Positions 1 to 12,576 of a stretch of 64,000 bases of DNA are shown here, in pieces. Position 1 is the first letter of the stretch, and each line of letters begins with the position of its first letter. Made by a program: the position numbers and the translations under genes. Source of the stretch: Haliotis rufescens (lineage: Eukaryota); NCBI RefSeq assembly GCF_023055435.1, contig NW_025963779.1, positions 21,452,001 to 21,516,000 of the forward strand. The letters are read 5' to 3'. The notes under the pieces were generated by a model. The model did no database searches. It saw nothing but the letters and a program-made list of their open reading frames with translations, and was not told the DNA's origin.

Positions 1-183
1 TCTGGACTAGACATTCCAGTCATGAGCATCTAGCCACGCAATCGGGATACGATGACATGCATCAACCATGTCAGCGAGCCTGACGACCCGAACCCGTCAG
101 TCGTCTCTTACGACGAGTGTAGTCGCCTTTTACGACTAGCATGGGTTGCTGAAGACCCATTCTACGCCGGATGTTCACGGGTC
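1..183 (-). mobile_element. Retroposon family D copy (headless SINE-like element), cut by the window edge
   Basis: The reverse complement begins GACCCGTGAACATCCGGCGTAGAATGGGTCTTCAGCAACCCATGC and matches the copies at 6160, 27116 and elsewhere. Confidence 0.85.
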
Positions 184-610
184 GCCAAGTTGTCAAAGTA
201 TTCCTTAGTGACAGTGAAGTCCTGGGGTTTATTCGGTATACCAGTACGATTTGTGAACTTCTGCATTATATCTCCCGTCGATTAGTTGTCGACATACTGT
301 TTCTAATGCCACAGATGTAATTTGAAGAGGTCGCAGCTTCAGAACCGTCTATATAACAGTTGAGAGAAAGGTCAAGGTTACAACGTTTCCAAAAGTAGTT
401 CCTTGCAAAATTTTGTTTCTCTAGTAAAGCTAAACGGTACAATTATATGTCGTCTGCAAATTGAAAGGCCGTATTAGTGTTTTAACAACGCAGTAACACC
501 TAACCATGGCCGAGTTTAAATTGATTGTAATCCCTCATTATTTCCATATAGAGGTCAACGAGTGCATCTGATGAATACGCCAACACTGTCAATGCGTTTT
601 GACAGGACAC

Positions 611-620
611 ATATATATAA
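611..620 (+). promoter_or_regulatory. Candidate TATA box of the small secreted-peptide gene
   Basis: ATATATATAA lies about 90 nt upstream of the ATG at 709. Confidence 0.4.
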
Positions 621-708
621 TGTCGGAAATGTTTCACGGACAGTTTATCGGATATTACAGTAAATATGTACGGCTCGTTTTTTCGCCATATTTAGTCCAG
701 TTAAAATC

Positions 709-811
709 ATGCTCAAATGTTTGACGGCACTGACGCTGCTAACCCTGCCGTGCTTCTGCTGCATGGCCGACGACGATGCCTGCAACGACCATGTATCAAC
801 AACTATGCGAG
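709..811 (+). CDS. Exon 1 of a putative small secreted Cys-containing peptide (signal peptide plus start of mature peptide)
   Basis: ATCATG context. Translates MLKCLTALTLLTLPCFCCMADDDACNDHVSTTMR + G, a hydrophobic signal-like N-terminus followed by acidic residues. Phase-1 donor AG|GTAGT at 812. Confidence 0.6.
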
Positions 812-857
812 GTAGTCTATCGTAAAGGTCTTACATTCTGTGTTTAATGTTCATTAA

Positions 858-1007
858 GGGACGGTCGGGTAGCCCAGTGGTTAAAGCGTTCGCTCATCAC
901 GCCGAAGACCCGGGTTCGATTCCCGACATGGGTACAATGTGTGAAGCCGTGATATTGCTGGAATATTGCTATAAGCGGCGTAAAACCATACTCCCTCACG
1001 CACTCAC
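858..1007 (+). mobile_element. tRNA-derived SINE family A (internally deleted) in the intron of the peptide gene
   Basis: A box TAGCCCAGTGG, B box GGTTCGATTCC, tail GCGGCGTAAAACCATACTC-(ACTC)n. 13-bp TSD TAATGTTCATTAA at 845-857 and 1008-1020. Confidence 0.9.
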
Positions 1008-1202
1008 TAATGTTCATTAAAGATCATGTACTCGAACGCGAAACGATGAGTGATCTTGGAGCTCGGCGCTTGCGGGCACGATCAAAACAATAATGTAAAA
1101 CAGCACGTGCTGTTCTTCGGTGCTCGTCAGAGCAGTTGAGGGAATAAATTGTTTAAATTTTTACTCTTGCAACTTTTGTGATTAGAAATTTGTTTTATGC
1201 AG

Positions 1203-1258
1203 TTGAAGGGAAAGCGTTCTACTGTGAAGCCCCATCCCAAATTGTTCGGTCACCCTGA
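1203..1258 (+). CDS. Exon 2 (terminal) of the putative small secreted peptide; spliced product 52 aa
   Basis: Strong acceptor TTTGTTTTATGCAG at 1202. The phase-1 join gives (V)EGKAFYCEAPSQIVRSP-TGA. It is followed by AATAAA at 1329 and 1341 and a T/GT-rich tract at 1351-1380. Confidence 0.5.
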
Positions 1259-1328
1259 ACAATCCGCTGCATATGTGCATATTTAAATGAGATATCGTTC
1301 TTTCTGCCCAGGTACTTCAGCATTTCAT

Positions 1329-1380
1329 AATAAAAGTACCAATAAAAATTAGTTTATTTTGTTTCCCTTTGTTTGGTTTC
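1329..1380 (+). terminator. Candidate polyadenylation signals (2x AATAAA) plus U/GU-rich downstream element
   Basis: AATAAA at 1329-1334 and 1341-1346, then GTTTATTTTGTTTCCCTTTGTTTGGTTTC. Confidence 0.45.
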
Positions 1381-1849
1381 CCTCGTGTAAACAAGAACGG
1401 TGTTCTGATCGAAATATGAACGAATGAATGCAGCGAAAGTAGTTCCGTTAAGGTCTTGGTTCACAATCAACCAATCAAATGCCTAGAATAACTGACAAGC
1501 GATATGTGGACACTATGCAAATATCAGAAATATATGCAGTGGACAACTATACTACACAAAGTATGATGAGGATTAAGTTTTGATGATATCAAAAAATCAT
1601 CCTACAAATGTAGATTGAAATATCTCCGTGCACAATGTTTGGGGAGTCCCTATAGGACCTCATTTTCATGATGAAGGAACAGAGGCATGCAGTGATGGGC
1701 ATGATGTGCACGAGGTGCTTGGAAATGTGTTTGGATGTATCGTGACAATCGTTGCACATCCTTATCAGAGAGCACAACAACATTTGCAGGATAGCAACAA
1801 CTGAATGCACTTATGCATTCAAAGCCAAAGCATCAAAGACGTTGTTTAA

Positions 1850-2210
1850 CGATCTTGGAATTAGGCAGATGCATAGGCATGCTTGAAACTGGCGACTTTG
1901 GCGTCAGTTAAAGTGTGATCAGCAGAGCATGGAATGGATATCAGACGTTTGGATCAGCTACCCACCCAGCGAAATGCAGGTGGTCGAAGGCGTTCCACCA
2001 CACACCGAAAAGACGTGATTGCAGCAAGACATCATCACTTCATGACTGCCGCCACACTCAGAAATGACCTGCGGAGAGACAGTGTCTACTCCGACAGCGC
2101 GCTATCGTCTCCGTGAGGCTGGTCTCGCGGCACGGGACGGGACGTTAGGATTAGGCTAAGGATAAGGCTCCAGCGCCTTTCGCTGATGAATGGAGATACT
2201 GTCAGATTGT
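1850..2210 (+). pseudogene. Decayed Tc1/mariner-type transposase fragment
   Basis: Frameshifted segments read LELGRCIGMLETG, FGVS*SVISRAWNGYQTFGS, AGGRRRSTTHRKD, FMTAATLRNDLR, VSTPTARYRLREAGL and FADEWRYC. These resemble the Tc1 paired HTH, the GRPR-like linker and the FSDESRF first-Asp motif. Confidence 0.7.
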
Positions 2211-3107
2211 CGTGGCGGAGTGTGGCGTAGCAAGGAGAAATATTTCAGGATTTCTAAGTAGCCAAACACGACCGATATGGGTTATGTTGTACACGTCAGA
2301 CATCTTCCCAACATTGATACCACCATACAACGTTATGTTGTACACGCAGGTCGTCTGCCCCACCTATCGGGTTATTACATTATGTTGTACACGTCATACA
2401 TCTAATATCGTCGTCCCTGGTTGAGTCAGCACAGATCAATGTCGACGTCAAACCACACTATCTAAATCATGGCAGTAATTGACAAGTTTGGTGCTCCGTC
2501 TTGTTTATTAACGTGTTGTTTGTTTAGAGTGTATTATTGTTCTGTGCATGGTCAGGTTGCTATTGTTGAGTCAGAAAAAGGTTTGGTGGGGAAGAAAGGG
2601 TCGAGTATAAATGTCAACACAGGGCTAATGGTTCATGCATTATTTAGTTCTGACATAATGTGTTTGTGAACTCTATTTCACTCAGTGGGGGAGATTTATA
2701 ACAGAACATAAGAGGCTCACATGACAGTATGCTTCGAGAGGGAAGTGGTCTTCATTGATATATGCATTTGTTAGAGTAAGTGAGTCATGCTTTGGTAAAT
2801 GTCAGCAGGAAACTAGCCATTGTATGGATCACCAAGGATTCGTATGACAGTCGCTTCGTGTTTTGTTTCTCGAATATTTTTTTAGAGCAAACAGGACTCC
2901 GTTCTGAATATCCACATTCGATAAAACTAAATTCCTGCTGAACCACACCGGTACGAGTAGTAGGGAGGATGACAGGTATATGATTGTTGTTGTTGTTGAT
3001 ATAGTGGAGGAAGAATCCAGTTGCAATTTCTTAAGTGATGTTTTGAAAATTACGATGATCGGAAATATGATAATGTGCGTAACAGCAATTATTCCCAGAG
3101 CGTTTAA

Positions 3108-3552
3108 TCATAACCAGCAACAAGTAATGTCATAGCCAGTAACACGTTATGACATAGCCGGCAACACCTTATGTCATAACCAGCAACACGGCACGTCATA
3201 GCCAGCAATACGTTACGTCATAGCCAGAAACACGTTATGGCATAGCCAGGAACACGCTACGTCATAGCCAGCAACACCGTTATGCCATTGCCAGCAACAC
3301 GTAACGTCATAGCCAGCAACTCGTTATGGCATAGCCAGGACCACGCTACGTCATAGCCAGCAACACGAAACGTCATAGCCGGCAACACGTTATGTCATAG
3401 CCAGCAACACGTAACGTCATAGCCAGCAACACGTAACGTCATAGCCGGCAACACGTTATGTCATAGCCGGCTAAACGCTACGTCATAGCCAGCAACACGT
3501 ATCGTCATAGCCAGCAACACGTTATGTTATAGCCAACAGCACGTTACGTCGT
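3108..3552. repeat. Minisatellite, about 22-bp unit (CATAGCCAGCAACACGTTACGT), about 20 copies
   Basis: Direct periodicity visible in the sequence. Confidence 0.9.
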
Positions 3553-3577
3553 TACGACTGAAGAATAACAGACGCAC

Positions 3578-4045
3578 ATGTGTCTATATATGTGTGTGTG
3601 TGTTTGTGTGTGTGCGCGTGCGTGCGTGCGTGCGTGCGTGCGCGTGTATGATTACAGAAACACTTGCGTCTACGTGTGTACAGGCAGGTATGTGCGTGTA
3701 CAAGTTCAGACGTGCGTGTGTGCGTGCATCTGAACAAGTGTATGCTTGTGCGTGTTTGCGTTCAGGCGTGTNNNNNNNNNNNNNNNNNNNNNNNNNNNNN
3801 NNNNNNNNNNNNNNNNNNNNNNNNNNNNNNNNNNNNNNNNNNNNNNNNNNNNNNNNNNNNNNNNNNNNNNNNNNNNNNNNNNNNNNNNNNNNNNNNNNNN
3901 NNNNNNNNNNNNNNNNNNNNNNNNNNNNNNNNNNNNNNNNNNNNNNNNNNNNNNNNNNNNNNNNNNNNNNNNNNNNNNNNNNNNNNNNNNNNNNNNGTTA
4001 TGAGTACAAGCGAGTGTACGCGTGTTTGTGTTGAGACGCGTGTCG
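3578..4045. repeat. (TG)n/(CGTG)n microsatellite region flanking an assembly gap (225 N at 3772-3996)
   Basis: Dinucleotide and tetranucleotide repeats on both sides of the N run. Confidence 0.9.
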
Positions 4046-4554
4046 AGTGCCCGTGTACATTATGCATGTTATGTAACGCTGATTGCTTCATACAGGCTAT
4101 TCTAGAGCTTCTCTCACAAAGTATAAGTACACACTGTGAGACAAGGGTAGACAGGAAGGAACGACTTACCCCCATTCTATAACTCGGGCGTCCACCCGAC
4201 GGAGAGTCTGTATTGCCGGCCCAAGACAAGAGTAGGTTGAAATGTCAGATCCACCCTCCAGAGGGCGCGTGTGTACGTGGGACGTCCAAGTGTTAGGGAG
4301 TAGTGTTTGAAACAGGTTTCCACGCTAGGACACACACATACATGCTGAAATATACTCTGTATACAGCTGACTATTATTATTGTATTTAAGTCGGATGAGA
4401 TTCCACAACTCGTGGTCAAGGCTAGGAGCAATCTCAATAAATTACAAAAGTCAGTACCGAAGATTTGACGCCAACGTCCTTATTTAGTTCACCGGTGAAT
4501 CCTCAGGAGCATTTTGCATAGTGCGAAGTTGGGAGTCAAATCTTATCTTTACAA

Positions 4555-4860
4555 TATCAAAAGATCAGAGTTCAATCTTCGTTTTTTTTGCACAGCAAGG
4601 CCAGATACGAATATCTCGTACCTATAGCCAAATATCGAAGACAGTTTCTTTCCTATATCAAAAGAACGGAGAAAGTTCCTTTGCTGGTCCAAAGATCGAT
4701 GGCAGATGCTTTTCTATGTCCAAAGAACGGAGAAAGTTCCTTTGCTGGTCCAAAGATCGAAAACAGTTGCGTTCCTATATCCAAAGATCGAAGACTTTTC
4801 TTTTCCTTGTCCATAGATCGAAGACAGTTAATTTCCTATGTCCATGAATAGAATACAGTT
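4555..4860. repeat. Degenerate ~29-bp tandem repeat (CCAAAGATCGAAGACAGTT...), including a duplicated ~60-bp block
   Basis: AAAGAACGGAGAAAGTTCCTTTGCTGGTCCAAAGATCGA occurs twice. CCAAAGATCGA recurs. Confidence 0.7.
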
Positions 4861-6159
4861 TCATATACAATATTCAAATACCGGCATCATATAGCTATAA
4901 CAGGGACATGTACACAGAAGTGTATGAAAGAACAGCTCTAGATGGACGTGATTCTGTAAACGCCTTCCACCGTGCATGTGTTGTACAAGTTCAGATCGGG
5001 TCGCCAGCGTCAGAGGTCCCAGGCTAGTGTTTGTCTCACGTCGGCGTTGTTGCTGTTAAAGTGCGTGTAACGTCAAAGTAGTCACCAATACGGAGCCGCC
5101 GTAGGCAACATAAACATCCCATGGAGCGTGCTGTTGCTCCTGTTAGCTGCTCATTATTCTTAAATGATTCTTGTGTGTGCAGAAGCTCATAGACACCATT
5201 CACCTGCTGTAACGATCAAGGCAAACAGCCATAATGAGATTTCATCACATCCTCGACCCGGGCCAGTATTCAGAAACACCAATCATGTTAGATGGATAAG
5301 CTTCATCTCAAGTCGGTTGGGCGGTAAAGGTGTTATGCGACAATGTGGATCAATTATTGATAATGTTCATTATTTGCCTGGCGTCCTTCGAGTTGAGCAC
5401 GTGCAGGAGGGACGGAGCGAGACCTGTGTCCACTCAACGTGGAAACTAACATGTAATATTAACGTGGGCAGAGTGGTCAGGAGTGTCGTCACGAACTATA
5501 CCTGCGATCAACTGATGTCTACAGCAACGTTGTTGTGTTGTTGCACGGGACGATTTGTGGCAAGTTGCTGGATTAATTGCAATGTTAGCGACATTTCCTG
5601 TTTTTAAACGTTCAGAAAGAAGTGCAAAGAAGTGGTTTCAATAATAAATCTCACTATTATCGAAGGTAATTTGTTTTGAGATGAAACAGAATTTGGTTAC
5701 GGCAAGGCGCTTTGCATTGACTATTCAGTCTGGTTCTCTCTTCAAATAGGGGTACTCTCACACTGAATGAGTGGTATTTGGCATCTTTGGTAAATATATT
5801 TAACTTGCTTTGTAAAACGTCAATAAATGAAACACATATTACGTTTCAAAGAATATGAGAGGTATTTATTAAACATAGGCAGTAACAGTAAATAAAAGCG
5901 ACAAAACCATTCTCATTATTACAGGAATTCTCTCGTCCGTTGTACGATTCCGATAATATGAATCATTAACAATTAGTGATGATACCAGGTGAACGCATCT
6001 TGCCCTACCGGTGGCATCCTTCACAAACACATGCAAAGGCAAGTAAATTGTTCAGCTGAAACAAAACACATGGGAATACACGGCACAAGTCAATATAGGG
6101 AACCGCATACTTTTTGTTACCAACTCGTCAGATTTTATTTACTTTACTTAGACCTTGAG

Positions 6160-6448
6160 CCCCGTGAAAATCCGGGTTAGAATAGGTCTTCAGCAACCCA
6201 TGCTTGTCGTAACAGGCGGCTTATGCTTGCCGTAAGAGGCTACTAACGGGATCGGGTGGGCAGGCTCGCTGACTTGGTTGATGCATGTCGTGGTATCCTA
6301 AATGCATGGATCGAGGCTCATGACATCAATCACTGTATTGTCTTGCCTAGACTCGATTATTTACAGACCGCCGCCATACAGCTATAATATTGCTGAGTGT
6401 GGCGTTAAACAAACAAACAAACAAACAAACAAACAAACATACAAACAA
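6160..6448 (+). mobile_element. Retroposon family D, full-length copy with (CAAA)n tail
   Basis: CCCGTGAAAATCCGGGTTAGAATAGGTCTTCAGCAACCC...AATATTGCTGAGTGTGGCGTTAAAC(AAAC)n. Confidence 0.9.
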
Positions 6449-8232
6449 GCTAAGGCCTTGAATGTTGTAACCCGAGTCAAACTACTTTTGTAGACACCAA
6501 AGGCTGGAGCCGCTGGAGATCTAAATACGAAACGGGTGAGGAGGTTTCACTAGTCTAATATTTCTAGCTCAGTTTTGTGTCATAAGTGGAAGGGAAATGG
6601 CTATTGACATTATTGAACGCTATGAGATCATCGAGATTCCCGACGCTTAAAGGGGCATCTGCGGTAGGAACTACCGCACTCTAGTGGGCGGAGCTTATAC
6701 GAGTGATCTGACAGGTCCATATGACGTTATGATAACACACACATTTCATTGGTTAATGCGTAAACGGGTGACCTCATGTAAACACCCACCCACGTGGACC
6801 GTTTGACAACAAGGACGTAAGTTTTAATGGTAATAAATATCTATCAAACGATTCCAAGACGTTTCAACAAACACGATCGATTTGATTTTTTATGATAAAA
6901 TTACAGATATTTATTGACTTATATCTTGAAATGGAGCCGTTTGGTGTATCCATGGTTTGTCATTCAAGTCGATACGAAGTTTGACGGTCAATGGGGATCT
7001 TGTTCCCGTGTGGTTTTCAAAAAGCTTCTCCAGACGCTCGGTTGTGTTTACATTGTCAGTCATTGTTCGAAATTGAAACACCGCCACCTTGCGGGCTATT
7101 TATAGTCAGGGTGGGGCTTTAAGTTAACCTTCTTGGCCAAATTCCCTTGTTTCGATTTCGCCAATTCGAGCAGAAAGTCCGACTCGTATGCACAAAGAAT
7201 CAGATCTGCAAGGACGGGGATCACAGTTGGTGCCCAAGAGGATGCCTAATTCTTGCCTTAATGTCCAATCCTAAATTTCACGTAGATGTCATCTTTGCAT
7301 TTCTACCTTTAGTTCCAATCAGTAGCTGAACGTCGGGGCATGTATTGTCACATACATGGAGGACAGTTTGGCCAACCTTTTAATTATTTGACAAAGATAA
7401 TAGTTTTCCTCAAACGTCAGTGTTGAATGTGCCAACGACACCAATCGTCACCACTGGCCATTTTCCCTGCAGGAATACATGTACACCCATCGATCAATGT
7501 CAAGTGTGAAACACGACAAACCAAGCAGAAAGTGTGTATGACTGTGGGTACCCCACTTAAAGAATCACTCCTTTAAATACATTTTGGCACGACCCAGGAA
7601 TTGATTGACGGCGTTGATGGAGGACAGGTAGACAATTACATTATTGTTGTATTTGTACTCTGAACCTTTCCAACAATCTTTATCACTGAACGCTCCTCTT
7701 TGTTGGATCTACCGTTGATGTAGGAAATGGCATTCTTTTGTTCAGTTCATTAAGCGAACTGAATGAATTGCAATAAGAAAGTGTCACGTGATGGTTTAAA
7801 AATAGCATAGACCCATTTGTTTGATTGCCATTAGCACAACATATACACTCTACCGACAAAGCAACAAACCAAGTCCCAATGTGGGTTATCAATATTAGGT
7901 TTGGTTGGGAAACAATACCATATTTTATCGTGTGACACAAAACGTTTTGCAAATACGTCGCCAGAGCAGGAACTACAACAGAACACGTGTAGGTGCTGGC
8001 GACAGGTTAGATCGAATAAATCAGCGAGTGTATTCAACAGGCACCAGCTGTCGTGATAGCGTCCTGGGTTCTCGGGTGATGGCAGATACGGCACGATACG
8101 TCATCCGATACTAAATAGCCGACCGCGGATAGCATACCCAGATACCATGGAAGCATGTTGTTAGGAAGATAGTACTGATGTGCGCGTTGAGCAGACAGTT
8201 GCTGTGAAAACAACCTTGGCACGAAGTGACGC

Positions 8233-10400
8233 ATGGTGTATGTGGTGGTCTTTATGTATGGTGCGTGTGATGGTCTTAATGTATAGTGCCTGTGATGGTC
8301 TTAATGTAGGGTGCGCGTGATGGTCTTAATGTAGGGTGCGTGTGATGGTCTTAATGTATAGTGCCTGTGGTGGTCTTTATGTATGGTGCGTGTGATGGTC
8401 TTAATGTATAGTGCCTGTGATGGTCTTTATGTATGGTGCGTGTGATGGTCTTAATGTAGGGTGCGTGTGATGGTCTTTATGTATGGTGCGTGTGATGGTC
8501 TTAATGTATAGTGCCTGTAATGGTCTTAATGTAGGGTGCGCGTGATGGTCTTAATGTAGGGTGCGTGTGATGGTCTTAATGTATAGTGCCTGTGGTGGTC
8601 TTTATGTATGGTGCGTGTGATGGTCTTAATGTATAGTGCCTGTGATGGTCTTTATGTATGGTGCGTGTGATGGTCTTAATGTATGGTGCGTGTGATGGTC
8701 TTTATGTATGGTGCGTGTGATGGTCTTAATGTATAGTGCCTGTGGTGGTCTTTATGTATGGTGCGTGTGATGGTCTTAATGTATAGTGCGTGTGGTGGTC
8801 TTTATGTATGGTGCGTGTGATGGTCTTAATGTATAGTGCCTGTGATGGTCTTAATGTAGGGTGCGCGTGATGGTCTTAATGTAGGGTGCGTGTGATGGTC
8901 TTAATGTATAGTGCCTGTGGTGGTCTTTATGTATGGTGCGTGTGATGGTCTTAATGTATAGTGCCTGTGATGGTCTTTATGTATGGTGCGTGTGATGGTC
9001 TTAATGTAGGGTGCGTGTGATGGTCTTTATGTATGGTGCGTGTGATGGTCTAAATGTATAGTGCCTGTGATGGTCTTAATGTATAGTGCGCGTGATGGTC
9101 TTAAGGTAGGGTGCGTGTGATGGTCTTAATGTATAGTGCGTGTGATGGTCTTAATGTAGGGTGCGCGTGATGGTCTTAAGGTAGGGTGCGTGTGATGGTC
9201 ATAATGTATGGTGCGTGTGATGGTCTTAATGTATGGTGCGTGTGATGGTCTTAATGTATAGTGCCTGTGATGGTCTTTATGTATGGTGCGTGTGATGGTC
9301 TTAATGTAGGGTGCGTGTGATGGTCTTTATGTATGGTGCGTGTGATGGTCTTAATGTATAGTGCCTGTGATGGTCTTAATGTATAGTGCGCGTGATGGTC
9401 TTAAGGTAGGGTGCGTGTGATGGTCTTAATGTAGGGTGCGTGTGATGGTCCTAATGTATGGTGCGTGTGATGGTCTTAATGTAGGGTGCGCGTGATGGTC
9501 TTAAGGTAGGGTGCGTGTGATGGTCTTAATGTAGGGTGCGTGTGATGGTCTTAATGTAGGGTGCGTGTGATGGTCTTAATGTAGGGTGCGTGTGATGGTC
9601 TTAATGTATGGTGCGTATGATGGTCTTAATGTATGGTGCGTGTGATGGTCTTAATGTAGGGTGCGTGTGATGGTCTTAATGTATGGTGCGTGTGATGGTC
9701 TTAATGTATGGTGCGTATGATGGTCTTAATGTATGGTGCGTGTGATGGTCTTAATGTAGGGTGCGTGTGATGGTCTTAATGTAGGGTGCGTGTGATGGTC
9801 TTAATGTATGGTGCGTGTGATGGTCTTAATGTATGGTGCGTGTGATGGTCTTAATGTAGGGTGCGTGTGATGGTCTTAATGTATGGTGCGTGTGATGGTC
9901 TTAATGTATGGTGCGTGTGATGGTCTTAATGTAGGGTGCGCGTGATGGTCTTAAGGTAGGGTGCGTGTGATGGTCTTAATGTATGGTGCGTGTGATGGTC
10001 TTAATGTAGGGTGCGCGTGATGGTCTTAAGGTAGGGTGCGTGTGATGGTCATAATGTATGGTGCGTGTGATGGTCTTAATGTATGGTGCGTGTGATGGTC
10101 TTAATGTATGGTGCGTGTGATGGTATTAATGTATGGTGCGTGTGATGGTCTTAATGTATGGTGCGTGTGATGGTCTTAATGTATGGTGCGTGTGATGGTC
10201 TTAATGTAGGGTGCGCGTGATGGTCTTAAGGTAGGGTGCGTGTGATGGTCTTAATGTATGGTGCGTGTGATGGTCTTAATGAAGGGTGCGTGTGATGGTC
10301 TTAATGTAGGGTGCGTGTGATGGTCTTAATGTATGGTGCGTGTGATGGTCTTAATGTATGATGGCTTTAATGTATAGCGCGTGTGATGGTCTTTATGTGT
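8233..10400. repeat. Minisatellite, 25-bp unit (GTGTGATGGTCTTAATGTAKGGTGC), about 86 copies
   Basis: Exact 25-nt periodicity with point variants. Confidence 0.97.
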
Positions 10401-10669
10401 GGGTACTGTGTTGTTTATTTGGGTCCAGAGTTGCTGGATAAACTGAAATCAGAATGTGTTCGCTACAAGTTCCGATTCATGTATTGTCATGACGCCAACA
10501 TTTCAAAAGATGGGACATCACCGCATTTTATGAAACTGTTTCGTTACCAGCATTGTTCAGGACAGAACAGCACCAGGATTCAGCACAACATCAGTACAAC
10601 ATAAATGTTGTGGGTCATAAGCGTTAGACTACATCATCGTTTCTCAGCGAAGGACAAACCAGCTCTTCA

Positions 10670-12350
10670 CAGGACAACACACCATTACCCCACCCGGTAA
10701 ACATGGCCTGGACCCACCTCTGATCCACACTGCCCAGGGCAACACACCATAACTCCACCCAGTAAACATGGCCTGGACGCACCTCTGATCAACACTACCC
10801 AGGATAACACACCATCACTCCACCCGGTAAACATGGCCTGGACCCACCTCTGATCCACACTTCCCAGGACAACACACCGTCACTCCACCCGGTAAACATG
10901 GCCTGGACCCACCTCTGGTCCACACTGCCCAGGACAAGACACCATCACCCCACCCGGTAAACATGGCCTGGACCCACCTCTGATCCACACTGCCCAGGAC
11001 AACACACCATCACCCCACCCGGTAAACATGGCCTGGATCCACCTCTGATCCACACTGCCCAGGATAACACACCATCACTCCACCCGGTAAACATGGCCTG
11101 GACCCACCTGTGATCCACACTGCCTAGGGCAACACACCATCACTCCACCCAGTAAACATGGCCTGGACCGACCTCTGATCTACACTGCCAAGGGCAACAC
11201 ACCATCACTCCACCCGGTGAACATGGCCTGGACCGATCTCTGATCCACACTGCCCAGGACAAAACACCATCACTCCACCCGGTAAACATGGCCTTGATCC
11301 ACCTCTGATCCACACTGCCCAGGGCAACACACCATCACTCCACCCGGTAAACATGGCCTTGATCCACCTCTGATCCACACTGCCTAGGGCAACACACCAT
11401 CACTCCACCCGGTAAACATGGCCTGGACCGACCTCTGATCAACACTGCCCACGGCAAGACACCATCACTCCACCCAGTTAACATGGCCTTGATCCACCTG
11501 TGATCCACACTGCCTGGGGCAACACACCATCACTCCACCCAGTAAACATGGCCTGGATCCACCTCTGATCCACACTGCCTAGGGCAACACACCATCACTC
11601 CACCCAGTAAACATGGCCTGGACCGACCTCTGATCTACACTGCCCAGGGCAACACACCATCACTCCATCCGGTGAACATGGCCTGGACCGATCTCTGATC
11701 CACACTGCCCAGGACAACACATCATCAGTCCACCCGGTAAACATGGCCTGGATCAACCTCTGGTCCACACTGCCCAGGACAACACACCATCACTCCACCC
11801 GGTAAACATGGCCTGGATCCACCTCTGACCCACACTGCCCAGGACAACACATCATCAGTCCACCCGGTAAACATGGCCTGGATCAACTTCTGGTCCACAC
11901 TGCCCAGGACAACACACCATCACTCCACCCGGTAAACATGGCCTTGATCCACCTCTGACCCACACTGCCCAGGACAACACACCATCACCCCAACCGGTAA
12001 ACATGTCCTGGACCCACCTCTGATCAACCCTGCCTAGGACAACACACCATCACTCCACCCGGTAAACATGGCCTTGATCCACCTCAGATCCACACTGCCC
12101 AGGACAACACACCATCACTCCACCCGGTAAACAAGGCCTGGATCCACCTCTGATCCATACTGCCCAGGGCAATACACCATCACTCCACCCGGTAAACATG
12201 GCCTTGATCCATCTCTGATCCACACTGCCCAGGACAACACACCATCATCCCACCCGGTAAACATGGCCTGGACCCACCTCTGATCAACCCTACCTAGGAC
12301 AACACACCATCACTCCACCCGGTAAACATGGCCTGGATCCACCTCTGATC
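10670..12350. repeat. Minisatellite, 65-bp unit (GGACAACACACCATCACTCCACCCGGTAAACATGGCCTGG...), about 26 copies
   Basis: 65-nt periodicity, for example AACACACC at 10741, 10806 and 10871. Confidence 0.97.
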
Positions 12351-12576
12351 ACAATTGCTCAGGATAAGAACGCAACATCAGGCAGACCAGAAGTGCACAT
12401 CACACCACAGCATAGCACAGCATTGCTCAGCATTGTACAACATCAGCGTCGTACGATCTCCTGTGTGATGCTACTGGAACTTAATCGTGATGCAATTTGA
12501 CACAAACTTATCTCTTGCAATGGGTACAAAACATTTTAGTTAAGCAGAGACAGTTACATATAAAACAGTTTCACTC

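Noticed and set aside
858-935. tRNA-like sequences (also at 57170-57246, 61332-61405 and 61930-62007)
   Set aside because: These are SINE heads joined to non-tRNA bodies and tails and flanked by TSDs, not tRNA genes.
3594-4229. ORFs spanning the N run
   Set aside because: These are artefacts of the assembly gap and flanking TG repeats.
4178-4240. TAACTC...TGCCGGCCCAAG resembling a twister ribozyme core
   Set aside because: The complementary strand of the P4 stem and the closing stems are missing. The similarity is too weak.
5164-5620. 147-aa plus-strand ORF and a faint Tc1-like peptide on the minus strand
   Set aside because: No recognisable domain was seen, and the similarity is too low to call by eye.
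6647-7121. TTAA-AGGGG start suggesting a Kolobok/piggyBac-type element
   Set aside because: No matching terminal inverted repeat could be identified.
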